Shown here one piece after another: positions 27,669-37,688 of a stretch of DNA of 64,000 nt (its first letter is position 1; each line of letters opens with the position of its first letter). The stretch is from Promethearchaeota archaeon (lineage in GTDB: Archaea > Asgardarchaeota > Lokiarchaeia > Sigyniarchaeales > SOKP01): NCBI GenBank assembly GCA_013375475.1, contig JABXKD010000003.1:39866-103865 (forward strand), in the 5' to 3' direction. The position numbers and the translations under genes were made by a program. The notes under the pieces were generated by a model, which saw only the letters and a program-made list of their open reading frames with translations, did not search any database and was not told the DNA's origin.

Positions 27669-30600
27669 TTATACTTTAGGTAATAATTCTGGATATTTTG
27701 GCTCAAACTTTTCATTAAATAGTTTGGGATTTACCCATTCTTCAGTTTTTTCGTCCCATTTAAAATTCTTTAGAGGATTATATGAATTCAAGAAATTTAA
27801 ATCTTCAAATACAGATTTAATTAAATCATCGCCTTGAATCAAATCGTTTAAAATCAGATAATCGTTAATTTTTAGATATTCGAATAATAAATCAAATACG
27901 CGCTCTAATTCACTAAGTTCACATTCAGGAAGATAAATTTCGATCATTAATCCATTTTTGAATTGCTTTTCAGTTGGAAAACCATGGATAAAGTATTGAC
28001 CTTCTATTTCGTAGACAAATCCATAGTTAAAAAAACTAAATATTTTTATTAATTTATCAATTGTTTCTCGGTTTAAGTCGGGTAAAATTATATAAATCTT
28101 GTCTTGAAGTCCAATATTCTTTAAAGAGATATAAGGAAAAATCAAATCTTTATTTAGTAGACCCATTATATGATTTATAGTCGATTGTTTTTTAGTCCCT
28201 AAATAAGATTTTATGTCAATAGATCTCCAGCTATAAATCTGATAGAGAGATTCAAATTCAGGAGAATTAGGTTTAAAATTTGGACTACTTTTTAATTTAG
28301 TTAAATTAAATTCTCTAATCTCAGGATATTTAAATGTTTTATCTGAATTAAAAAGAATTTCTTGCATGTGGATTTTAAATCTGTTCGCATCATAATTCCA
28401 ACCCTCATGACTAAAGTTAAAATTTAAATGAAAAAGACAATGAACTTTCCTAATAGAGAAGCCGCATAATTCACGGATTATTTTTTTTGACTTTACCAAC
28501 CAATTCAAATAGGATAAATTTGGAGCGTTATACGGTGTTATATATTTTATTAGAATTGAATTTGATTCATCGATACTTGCAAGAAATTTAACTGATTGAA
28601 AATTATTACTAAGAATAAGTTTAAAGTCAATCGCATTCATATCCGTAGGTCGTAAATATAAAAAGTACTGATCAAAACCAAAGTTTTGAAATGCGGGAAG
28701 AAAATTAATAGATTTAATGTGATCTGTAAAAAATGGTTCTAATTTAATACTTTTAAATTCGTTAACATTTATCAAATTTAATTTAAGGTTTAAATGAAAC
28801 GCTAATAATTTTTCCAGATTAATAGTATTATTAATATAATTTTCCTTCGAAACCCGGATATCAATATTTTTTATTAGATTTGAAATTTCACTCTCGTTTG
28901 ACCAGAATTTCTGCTGGTCTTTATTTTTAACTATTTTTTCCGCGCTTAATTCTTTTCCGAAAATGCTTCTTAGATATAAGAAATATTGCTCAAATAGAGA
29001 CTTAGTATAAAAGTACTTTTTGCTATGAAAATCATAGAAATTTTTACTAGATATCGCCTGAACAGTGCCACTCCAAAGATAAGATTTACCATAAATAATC
29101 TCATCTCCAAAATGATTATATAAAATCGAAAAGAACAACTTTTTTTCTCTATTCCTTAGATAAGGCATCGAGATCTCAACAAAATAACATGGTTCGTCAG
29201 AAAAAAGATTTATTGTATCATTTATAAGAATCCGAGGGAAATATTTTTTCAATTTTTCTATTTTATTTAAAACTTCTTTAGATTTGATTAGAATTAATTG
29301 AATATGATCTTTTACAAAATTACTCGCTTTAATTGTATTAATCAAGAGCGGTTGCACAATTTGAGGTTTTCTGGTTAAAAAGCGATGGATCACATTGTCA
29401 ATTCTTTGACCGGTTATTTTATATAGTTTATATCTTTCATAGTATTTTTTTAATTTTTCTTCTTTTCCCTCATAAATCGTCTGCACTAAAGTTGGCTCTC
29501 TTAATATTCTTCGAATCTCATTTAAATCAATTATTTTTAGATTATAGCATGAGCGTATCAAATCGTAAAAATTTTTATATTTTTCAATTTTGTTTTTTAG
29601 AATTTGACTAGGTTCATTGTTTAAAGGAAAAAGATCTTTAAAGATAGAATTATGAGAGTAAATAGCATTTAACTTAAGAAAATCCTCTATTCTTAATGAA
29701 TTGTTAAAATTTTTAACAACTTTATTAATTTGATGAAGATCCTTAATTTCAATGTTATTAATTAATATTTCATCAAGTAATTTTAAAATAGTAATATATT
29801 CAAAAAGGATTGCTTTAATATAGAAAAATCCCTGATTTCTATTCAATTCTAAAAGCGTTAAGAATTCTCTTCTTAAATCTATAGAATCATGAAATTTTTT
29901 AAAAACAGTTCTGAAGTTATGTATATGAACTTGTTGATCTGTGATTTCATTAAGCAGATCAGATTTCAATATATTTAAAGAACTAGCTCTTCTCTCAAAT
30001 CCAAATGAATTAATTGAAAAAAACCTTATTCGATCTAGTATTAAAAAATCAAACAGCGCTAATTCATTATTATAATACTTATCACCGTAATCCATCTCAA
30101 ATTCAATTTCATATCTATTCTCGTAATTTCGATTTAAGGGATTTATCATTCTCTTCGTTTTTGAATGTTGCTTAAAATAATTTAAATTCAGGAAATGTTT
30201 ATTTCTGTTCCACAATAAACAAAAATAGTCATTAATATAACCATATGATTTCAATTTCAATATAAACTTCATAAAATCATTAAGATATACTTTAGGTATG
30301 ACAATATATCCGGATAAATCAAATGCAAAAGTATTGCGAGCTATTTTAGGCGTTGAAAGAAACGGGAATTCTTTAATCAATTTCAAAATTTCCTTTTTTT
30401 TTAATAAAGGATTAAATCGTAAGATAATATTTAAAAGGCATACATTCAAAGTTTTCCAATTAACTTGATAAGAAGGAGATATATAACTGAATTTTTTAAT
30501 CCAATTCATGTTTTGGATAAAATTTCTAATACTTAAGTCTGTTTCAATTAGTTTATCTTCTTTAAATTGCTTAAAGTAATTTTTAAAACTAAGTAAGTCT

Positions 30601-31304
30601 TTATAGTTCTTTACTTTATAAAAAATCTCAATTAAGCACCTTATTGTTTCTATAGTTTCAATGTTATATATTGAACTCGATATGTATCTTCCATACTCAA
30701 ATTCTAAGATGTCCTGAAAGTAGTCCATTTTATTTCTAATTAAAGGAGAATTTCTTCGAATATACTCAAAAAAAAATTGAGTAGGAGTTTTTTCTAGCGA
30801 TTGAAGATTGAAAAAATTTACTAATCGATCAAAACTATTCAATCTATTAAATCCACTAGATAATAAATCAGACTGATCTAGTAGCCTTCTAACTAGTTTA
30901 CGCCACTCATATTCATTTTCAAATTTTGAAAGATCTCTCAATATAAGTTGGTTAATCACAAGCTGTATAGATTCAAAATTAACTAGATCATTTGGAATAA
31001 AGCAATTAAACGCTTCTCTAAGTACAATAAAATGATAAAATTTCACATAATCATCATTTATATTAATTTCTAATGTACTATCTTGTAGTTTTCTTTTAAC
31101 ACCTATATTGAAAAATTCTTCTTTACCAAAACAATCTCCATCAAATTTCTTTCTAACAAAAATGTTAACTTCCTTGTAGAATGGTTTTAATTCTAAATAT
31201 GTCTCTAACTCATCAAGTAGGACTTGGAATATTTGAGTTAAATTTTGAGGAGATAAATTAACTGCTAATTTTTTAACCACTTCTAAATATGCTGATCTTG
31301 GCAT
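27669..31304 (-). CDS. 1211-aa hypothetical protein with repeated Lrp/AsnC-like (HTH plus ferredoxin-fold) modules
   Basis: Recurring segments PSYQVNWKTLNV, FLPAFQNFGFDQYFLY, IFPYISLKNIGL resemble the Lrp linker; fold assignment is inference. Confidence 0.7.
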   Translation of the reverse strand: MPRSAYLEVVKKLAVNLSPQNLTQIFQVLLDELETYLELKPFYKEVNIFVRKKFDGDCFGKEEFFNIGVKRKLQDSTLEININDDYVKFYHFIVLREAFNCFIPNDLVNFESIQLVINQLILRDLSKFENEYEWRKLVRRLLDQSDLLSSGFNRLNSFDRLVNFFNLQSLEKTPTQFFFEYIRRNSPLIRNKMDYFQDILEFEYGRYISSSIYNIETIETIRCLIEIFYKVKNYKDLLSFKNYFKQFKEDKLIETDLSIRNFIQNMNWIKKFSYISPSYQVNWKTLNVCLLNIILRFNPLLKKKEILKLIKEFPFLSTPKIARNTFAFDLSGYIVIPKVYLNDFMKFILKLKSYGYINDYFCLLWNRNKHFLNLNYFKQHSKTKRMINPLNRNYENRYEIEFEMDYGDKYYNNELALFDFLILDRIRFFSINSFGFERRASSLNILKSDLLNEITDQQVHIHNFRTVFKKFHDSIDLRREFLTLLELNRNQGFFYIKAILFEYITILKLLDEILINNIEIKDLHQINKVVKNFNNSLRIEDFLKLNAIYSHNSIFKDLFPLNNEPSQILKNKIEKYKNFYDLIRSCYNLKIIDLNEIRRILREPTLVQTIYEGKEEKLKKYYERYKLYKITGQRIDNVIHRFLTRKPQIVQPLLINTIKASNFVKDHIQLILIKSKEVLNKIEKLKKYFPRILINDTINLFSDEPCYFVEISMPYLRNREKKLFFSILYNHFGDEIIYGKSYLWSGTVQAISSKNFYDFHSKKYFYTKSLFEQYFLYLRSIFGKELSAEKIVKNKDQQKFWSNESEISNLIKNIDIRVSKENYINNTINLEKLLAFHLNLKLNLINVNEFKSIKLEPFFTDHIKSINFLPAFQNFGFDQYFLYLRPTDMNAIDFKLILSNNFQSVKFLASIDESNSILIKYITPYNAPNLSYLNWLVKSKKIIRELCGFSIRKVHCLFHLNFNFSHEGWNYDANRFKIHMQEILFNSDKTFKYPEIREFNLTKLKSSPNFKPNSPEFESLYQIYSWRSIDIKSYLGTKKQSTINHIMGLLNKDLIFPYISLKNIGLQDKIYIILPDLNRETIDKLIKIFSFFNYGFVYEIEGQYFIHGFPTEKQFKNGLMIEIYLPECELSELERVFDLLFEYLKINDYLILNDLIQGDDLIKSVFEDLNFLNSYNPLKNFKWDEKTEEWVNPKLFNEKFEPKYPELLPKV

Positions 31305-31447
31305 TTTTCACATATCTATAGTATTGTCAATTAAATTCTAGAGAATAGATTATTAATTATTTATCTTTCTTCAAAAATCCTCGGGGAGTTTAAAAATGTT
31401 TTATTAGAAAAAATATCACACAAATTTACACTTGGAAGTGAAATATA

Positions 31448-31561
31448 TTGAAGAAATTAAATAAATTTACAATAATCTTAGCTTTAATAGTAACCCTTTC
31501 TATATGGTTCCAATTTTCTGCCTCTGGTTTAGCATTTGGTGCTGGCGAAGGAAATCCGTAA
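31448..31561 (+). CDS. Small signal-peptide-like ORF MKKLNKFTIILALIVTLSIWFQFSASGLAFGAGEGNP
   Basis: TTG start after GGAAGTGA; basic n-region, hydrophobic h-region, small-residue c-region; GC-richer than flanks. Confidence 0.5.
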   Translation: MKKLNKFTIILALIVTLSIWFQFSASGLAFGAGEGNP

Positions 31562-31976
31562 TTAATGGCTACTAAAAAAGCTAAGTATATATTTAATTTT
31601 TTTTCTTAGTTTATTCAAATAGTTTAATTTGAAAATAAAAGTAGTTATTAGATTCTGGGGACAAAAATGAGTTCAAACTGAATATTTTAAAGATTTTATT
31701 GGACTCTCGATATAAATAAAAGTTCTCTATTATAAATACTATATTTTTCACTTAATGATAAATTACTTGAATTTCCAACAATTTGTTTTTTTTTTAGTGA
31801 TCAACGCAATGGAATTTTCCATGATTTCTTTACATTTTTGTCAAATTCATAAATACTAATTAATCTTTAGAGCAATTCTTCTCATATTTTTCATTTTTTC
31901 TGCAAACATTTAAAAAGGATACTCCTACTTTATGATAATTATAAAAAAATAATAAATAATCCAAGCATAAAAAAAG

Positions 31977-32219
31977 ATGATTCTTATGAATATAAACTAT
32001 TTAGAGGGTATTTTTTTGGAAGATGAGAATATAGTTCACATGTGTCCTAGATGTGGGGAAAAGAATATAATTATTTACGAGGAATCAATTGAATGTACTG
32101 TTTGCCAATTAGAATTTGAAAAAAAGGATATAAAAGTTCTAGAGAAAAGTCTAATATTAGGAATCTCCGAAAAATTGGAGTTTATAAGGTCAATATTAGG
32201 AGAAAATAAAAACGGATAA
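31977..32219 (+). CDS. Small zinc-ribbon protein
   Basis: CPRCG...CTVC; true start probably further downstream. Confidence 0.7.
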   Translation: MILMNINYLEGIFLEDENIVHMCPRCGEKNIIIYEESIECTVCQLEFEKKDIKVLEKSLILGISEKLEFIRSILGENKNG

Positions 32220-32370
32220 TAAATCGGGGAATTGGTGATTTAATGTCGCAGAGAGAGAGTTTAAAGAGCCATAACAAAATTTATAATAAGAAATAAATAA
32301 ATTCTGATTCAATTAAAGCCTCAAAATTTAATAGGTTAAAGATTGTATTTTCTTATTATAGGTCTCAAGA

Positions 32371-32811
32371 GTGAAATTATTGTCGAAAATTTTAAGCTAT
32401 TCAATCATAGGATTAGAAGATTATCTAATCAGTTTTGAAAGTTATTGTTCGCCTTGTGATATTCAAAAATTTTGCAAGTACGGAAAAGCAGAACCATTTA
32501 CGATCACGATAAATTGCGGGGATTTAAATCGAGCAAAGGAAAAAATAAAATTTGACCAGCTTCAAAAGTTACAAAAAAAAGAAGATGTTTCTGTTACATA
32601 CGAAGAGTTAATAAAAAAAGTAAAGATAAATGTGCAAAACATATTTAGTCAAATATGGAAAGACAAAGTTAAAGCTTTTAAAGAGGAAATTCGATGCTTA
32701 GATTCTAAAAAAGTCGATTCAATGCTCGTGACTCAGCAGGGTCAAGATTGGTGGCAAGATTTTAACACCACAATGAAAGAAATAAACCATGAATGCGAAA
32801 AAATAATGTGA
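32371..32811 (+). CDS. Cys-containing hypothetical protein
   Basis: CSPC....C and further Cys; helical C-terminus. Confidence 0.7.
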   Translation: MKLLSKILSYSIIGLEDYLISFESYCSPCDIQKFCKYGKAEPFTITINCGDLNRAKEKIKFDQLQKLQKKEDVSVTYEELIKKVKINVQNIFSQIWKDKVKAFKEEIRCLDSKKVDSMLVTQQGQDWWQDFNTTMKEINHECEKIM

Positions 32812-32925
32812 TCTAATATTGACTGTTGAGATAGTGATTATTTAACTGGTTTTTATGTTTTTGAATTTGATTTTAAAACTTTAAAATGTGTAGTTTTTTT
32901 ATATTCAGTTTAAAATTAATATAAG

Positions 32926-33546
32926 ATGGAAATTTCGAATTATTCTATGAATTCAAATAATTTACTTAATGATATTATAAATATTCTTGAAAACTTCTGT
33001 ATTGAATTTAATCGATATGCTTTGATTTACTTTCAAGTTTTTAAGTATATTTTTGTCATTGTTCTGATAGGATGCGGAATTTTAACGCTTCTAAAAGCAA
33101 GAGGTATTTATTTCAAAACTAAAGCATTACCTTCAGAAAAAGAAGAAAATAAGACTGATCCACTTACCAAACCCCGGTTAATCGTAGGTACTGTTTACAT
33201 AGTTGTTGGTTCTGGGATTCTTTTTAATTACTTAACTTATTTTTTAATATGGATATTAGATCCGTTACCTGATCGTTTAATCTTTAATTTTATAAGCCTT
33301 GCTGACATTGATCCTTACGCTTTAAATAGAATTACCGATATTAACCTGGCAATTTACCCACACGAAAAAACAATTTATTACGCAATTGCGATAATTTCAT
33401 TTGTCGATACAGCTCATATTTCAATCTCAATATATTTCTTTTTATCTAAAGTAAAACACCCTAGAGTGACATTAACTTATTTATTCATTACTGTTCCAGG
33501 AGGAATTATGTTTGGATTCACCACATTCATGCCGTTTATGCTTTAA
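32926..33546 (+). CDS. Membrane protein (about 4 TM)
   Basis: Hydrophobic segments. Confidence 0.7.
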   Translation: MEISNYSMNSNNLLNDIINILENFCIEFNRYALIYFQVFKYIFVIVLIGCGILTLLKARGIYFKTKALPSEKEENKTDPLTKPRLIVGTVYIVVGSGILFNYLTYFLIWILDPLPDRLIFNFISLADIDPYALNRITDINLAIYPHEKTIYYAIAIISFVDTAHISISIYFFLSKVKHPRVTLTYLFITVPGGIMFGFTTFMPFML

Positions 33547-33748
33547 CATATTTCGAAAAGTCTTTAGTTTTGATCATAAGATTTATATATCCAAGTTACA
33601 TATAATTATGTTGCATTCAATTAATAAATCGATTTCAGTCACAAGAATTTAGATTTATTGTTATTTAACACGATTTTCAGTTAGTTTACACGGGAATTTA
33701 GAAAGTTTTACAGTTAGGTAAGTTCAAATTTTTAAAGAGGTTTTTAAA

Positions 33749-34636
33749 ATGGAAATAAAATATGAAGTGAGTAATTTATCAAATTTATGCCCAGAATGTG
33801 AAGGTAATACAATTTCAATTCAAGAAAAGGGAGAAATTGTATGCCGACAATGTGGTTTAGTCATAAGCGAAAGAATCGTAGATGTGTCTCATAGCGATAA
33901 GAGAGCATTTACAAAGCAAGAAAAAGAAAGGAGAGAAAGAACGGGTTCTCCAATTTCAATTCTATTACCTGATATGGGTTTAAGCACCGTTATTGATAAA
34001 AACAATATACAAAGCCCTGACTTAAAAAGAGCAGCAAAATGGAATTCTCGGATGACTTGGGATAAACGCAACATGTTAATTGCAACTACAGAATTAAAAA
34101 GAATAGGTAGCAACTTAAATCTGCCGAATCATGTAAAAAAGGCTGCTATTAGACTTTATATAGAAGCGTTTAAGAAAAAATTATTGCGCGGTAGATCTAT
34201 TAATGGGATGGTTGCTGCATGCTTATATTTCGCATGTAGAGAGAGAAAAATTCCCAGAACACTTCAAGAAATATTAGATCAAACATCTGTTAATGCAAAA
34301 AATGTAAGGAGATGTTACAGAACAATAATACGAGAATTAAATTTAAAAGCCCCATCAACAAATCCCATTTCACTAATCCCAAGGTTTGTTGCTGAATTAA
34401 GTTTAGATGCGGAAACTGAAAAAACTACAATAAATATCCTCCAATCATTTGTTACTAAATATTCTACAAGTGGAAAAGATCCAAAGGGTTTGTGTGCGGG
34501 AGCGTTATATTTGGTATGTAAGAAGAGAGACAAAAGAATCTCTCAAAAAGAAATTTCTAACGTTGTAGGTGTTACAGAAGTAACTCTTCGCTCGAGATAT
34601 AAAGAATTGGTAAATAAATTAAATATAGAAATATAA
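33749..34636 (+). CDS. tfb: Transcription initiation factor IIB
   Basis: CPEC..C..CG Zn ribbon, RAF...RERTG B-reader, LLRGRS, GKDP.G, VTEVTLR.RYKE. Confidence 0.96.
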   Translation: MEIKYEVSNLSNLCPECEGNTISIQEKGEIVCRQCGLVISERIVDVSHSDKRAFTKQEKERRERTGSPISILLPDMGLSTVIDKNNIQSPDLKRAAKWNSRMTWDKRNMLIATTELKRIGSNLNLPNHVKKAAIRLYIEAFKKKLLRGRSINGMVAACLYFACRERKIPRTLQEILDQTSVNAKNVRRCYRTIIRELNLKAPSTNPISLIPRFVAELSLDAETEKTTINILQSFVTKYSTSGKDPKGLCAGALYLVCKKRDKRISQKEISNVVGVTEVTLRSRYKELVNKLNIEI

Positions 34637-34643
34637 TTTTTTT

Positions 34644-35225
34644 TTAGATTTCTTTTTTTAAAAGTAGCTTAACAAAATCTGGTAATGTTAATAAGTAACT
34701 CTGAGCATTGGGTAATTGTTCTTTTATCTTCATGAATAATTCAGAATAGTGCTCTGCTCTATCTTTTTGCTTTAGAACTTCGTTTCGAGATTGTTCTCTT
34801 ATTGGTTCAACCGGTATTCCTCGCAATACAGATCTGGCGGGAATTACTAAGCCAGGAGGAACTTGACTATTTTTTACGATGACGGATCCTTCTCCTATTG
34901 AACATTCTTCATATATTAGAGTACCTTCCATAATTTGTACGTAATCTTCCATAAAACATCCCAGAAGAGTTACTCCCGATTCTATGATACAATAGCGACC
35001 TATATTAATCGAACTTTTTTGGGACCGCGTAAACATCATAACACCGTTAAATATAGTTGTATACTCGCTAATGTTTATTTTTGAGTTCTCAGCACGAATT
35101 ATGCAACCAGGCCATATAATTGCGTTATCATGGATAGTGACATCTCCAATTAAAGTTGCCAGTGGAGATACATAGCAATTATTGCTAATAGTTGGACTTC
35201 TTCCGTTATATTCAAGCAATACCAT
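34644..35225 (-). CDS. Gamma-carbonic-anhydrase-like left-handed beta-helix protein (metal His residues absent)
   Basis: P.I....YV.P.ATLIGDV.I, hexapeptide repeats, G.P....R. Confidence 0.8.
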   Translation of the reverse strand: MVLLEYNGRSPTISNNCYVSPLATLIGDVTIHDNAIIWPGCIIRAENSKINISEYTTIFNGVMMFTRSQKSSINIGRYCIIESGVTLLGCFMEDYVQIMEGTLIYEECSIGEGSVIVKNSQVPPGLVIPARSVLRGIPVEPIREQSRNEVLKQKDRAEHYSELFMKIKEQLPNAQSYLLTLPDFVKLLLKKEI

Positions 35226-35375
35226 TAATTATTTCACTTTAATTTTTATTTTTAAACTACCATGATGGTAAAATTTATACCATTTAAATTTAATTTAATT
35301 ATCTTCTATTAATGATATCATTACTTTGACTGAAACTATTACATTCTAAATGATGTAAAATAAGCAATATACAGT

Positions 35376-36200
35376 TTATGCAAAAACTTGAATAGGGTTT
35401 TTTGCTTCAAAAAAGTAGAAATCATCGCGTGGGAATTCTAAGCTAAGGAGATTATGCAATTTTTTCAATGCAATTGTGTTACAGCTGTAAAGAGATGTTC
35501 CAATTAAGTTTAAACCGGTGTCCTTTGCATAATTAGCTATGCTATAGTCAAAATTGCCCGAAATAAAGCAATCACACCCGTTCTTTAAAGCTTTTCTTAG
35601 ATATTTCAAATCTACTGCTTCTGTTCCCATAATACAAATTCTATTGACTTCTGATTTTGATTCGCCGACAAATAAAATCTTATCTGTGTTGAAATTCGAT
35701 TTTATCCTTTTTAACAAATTTTCTATAGTTAGTGCCTTTTCAACTTGCGAATAAGAATTTGGAATACAGATCCTCCCTAATGGAACCTTTTCAAGTCTAT
35801 CATTCTTAATATTTAGTGGTTTCTCTAATTTTAAATATAAGGATTCCATTAAAGTATCGGAAATTCCTCCTTCTGCTGCTATAAAAGAAGAATTTAAAAT
35901 ATACACTAATAAGGGATATTTAGAGAGTAATGTCAATTTATTTATTAAGAGTTGGTTAAAGTTTGTAATCGGATCCTTCGTAAGACCATGCAAAGAAATA
36001 ATAAGATTAATTTTGTTTCTGATTGCATAGTGAATTGATTCTAGATTCAAATCTACTGTAAACATTAATCTTTTTATGTGTTTTTTATTATTAACTTGAC
36101 CGTAGTATAAACCGTAGAATTCGGAATTAAATCGGAATATTCTCGGAGATAATTTGTTTTCAATTAATGATTTAATCTCGTCATAAAACATATGCATCAT
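35376..36200 (-). CDS. NIF3/YbgI-like protein (degenerate metal site)
   Basis: GL..G, TVDL, A......LIISLH, GRI, DCFISG pattern. Confidence 0.75.
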   Translation of the reverse strand: MMHMFYDEIKSLIENKLSPRIFRFNSEFYGLYYGQVNNKKHIKRLMFTVDLNLESIHYAIRNKINLIISLHGLTKDPITNFNQLLINKLTLLSKYPLLVYILNSSFIAAEGGISDTLMESLYLKLEKPLNIKNDRLEKVPLGRICIPNSYSQVEKALTIENLLKRIKSNFNTDKILFVGESKSEVNRICIMGTEAVDLKYLRKALKNGCDCFISGNFDYSIANYAKDTGLNLIGTSLYSCNTIALKKLHNLLSLEFPRDDFYFFEAKNPIQVFA

Positions 36201-36312
36201 TACCCTTTTAGATATTACTTGAGAAAAAAACTAACTACAAAAATTAAAAGGCTGTGGAAGTTTTTTTAAAAATTAAGATGACTTATCTTTATTTGAAATT
36301 GATTATTAGAAG

Positions 36313-36738
36313 GTGAGAGATTTGTTAAAAGATGAAGCATGCATTTTTTGCCAAATAGTTGATAAAAAAATTCAATCTCAAATTCTATTCGAAAACGATA
36401 CTATCTTAGCTTTTTTAGATATTTTTCCTATTTCAAATGGCCATACAATTGTCATTCCTAAAAATCATTATAATAATTTAGAAGATATTCCTGTCGATGA
36501 ATTAACTGATGTATTTAAGATAGTAAAAAAAATATCTAGCAAAATCTATGAGAAACTGAAAATTGATGGATATAATATTTTACAAAATAATTTTAAAGCT
36601 GCTGGTCAAGTTATTAATCATTTTCACGTTCATATAATTCCTAGAAGAAGAGAAGACGGAAAATTCCAGTTATTAATTCCTAGAGAACAATCAAAAGAAG
36701 AAGAGCTCAATAAAACGCTGAAAACTATTATAGAGTAA
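36313..36738 (+). CDS. HIT family hydrolase
   Basis: CIFCQI, AFLDIFP...GHT.VIPK, GQVI.HFHVHIIPR. Confidence 0.95.
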   Translation: MRDLLKDEACIFCQIVDKKIQSQILFENDTILAFLDIFPISNGHTIVIPKNHYNNLEDIPVDELTDVFKIVKKISSKIYEKLKIDGYNILQNNFKAAGQVINHFHVHIIPRRREDGKFQLLIPREQSKEEELNKTLKTIIE

Positions 36739-36810
36739 AAATATATAATTTTTAAGTTTAGTTTATAAGGATATTTTCGGATAGGTATTTAAAAATAGAT
36801 AACCTAAATC

Positions 36811-37026
36811 ATGAAAAAATGGAATTCTATTAGAAAGGGTAGCAAGAAGCTTAAAGAGAAAGTTAAGGATTTCTTTGGGGATGAATATGGGGGTAATCTC
36901 GTTGAATATGCTTTATTAATTGGATTAGCTTTGTTCATTTTTTTTATAATTGTTGGTGTTATGACCACCCTGTTAGATTGGCCATTAGACTTAGCCAATA
37001 ATTTTTTGGAAGGTTTTGGTGCTTAA
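36811..37026 (+). CDS. Flp/Fap-like type IV pilin
   Basis: Basic leader, FFGDEYG|GNLVEYALL with E+5/Y+6, then a hydrophobic helix; 71 aa. Confidence 0.75.
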   Translation: MKKWNSIRKGSKKLKEKVKDFFGDEYGGNLVEYALLIGLALFIFFIIVGVMTTLLDWPLDLANNFLEGFGA

Positions 37027-37090
37027 TTTTAATAAAATTTAGCTTTCTTAGGTGTTCAGCGAAAGAGGAGGAAATATAAATTAGAACTTT

Positions 37091-37465
37091 TTAATCAGAG
37101 TTTTTAATAACTAAATTTTCTACAATTCTAATATTATATTTATCGGCCCAAATATGGATATTTTCTAAGACATGTGTCTTATCAACTTGCAAAAAATCAA
37201 TAAACTCATTAAAAGGTATCTTGTTAACTCCCTTGAATAGGTTGTTAATTTTATTGTTAATGATAGTATCGTCAGGTGGGTATAATTCTCTCTTTTTTGC
37301 TTTCATTTTTTCTATTACATCATCAAACTTCCCATAATCAAAAAAATGTTCGACAATTCGACTTATTACAGAAGCAGGTGTGCTCCCAAATACACCTACT
37401 AATTCTTTTACTTGATTCATACTTATTTTACTTAAAGTAACTGTTGTTCTTGTTGTTTCAGTCAT
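37091..37465 (-). CDS. Ribbon-helix-helix DNA-binding protein
   Basis: N-terminal TRTTVTLS...V.ELVGVFG.T.A.VI..IV. Confidence 0.65.
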   Translation of the reverse strand: MTETTRTTVTLSKISMNQVKELVGVFGSTPASVISRIVEHFFDYGKFDDVIEKMKAKKRELYPPDDTIINNKINNLFKGVNKIPFNEFIDFLQVDKTHVLENIHIWADKYNIRIVENLVIKNSD

Positions 37466-37622
37466 TATATTGTTTTTTGTATTTTATTTCACAAATATAG
37501 AATAATTTTGTCGTTTTTAAGTTTATGTTTATTGATGATAATAATGCATAAATAAGCATCTTTATATAAAAATTGATACTATAATATATCATAGAACTAG
37601 TTATTGGTTCTTTAGTTAAAAC

Positions 37623-37642
37623 GTCGATAAATTGTCGATAAA
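37623..37642. promoter_or_regulatory. Direct repeat GTCGATAAA x2 (11-bp period), candidate operator
   Basis: Lies between divergent RHH and wHTH regulator genes. Confidence 0.4.
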
Positions 37643-37688
37643 ATAATTAAGACTAATAAAAATGCTAAAATTTTTGGAGGAATAAATT

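Noticed and set aside
32243-32296. Short ORF MSQRESLKSHNKIYNKK after a GGTGA SD-like motif
   Set aside because: 17 codons with no informative composition; cannot be told apart from chance or a decayed gene
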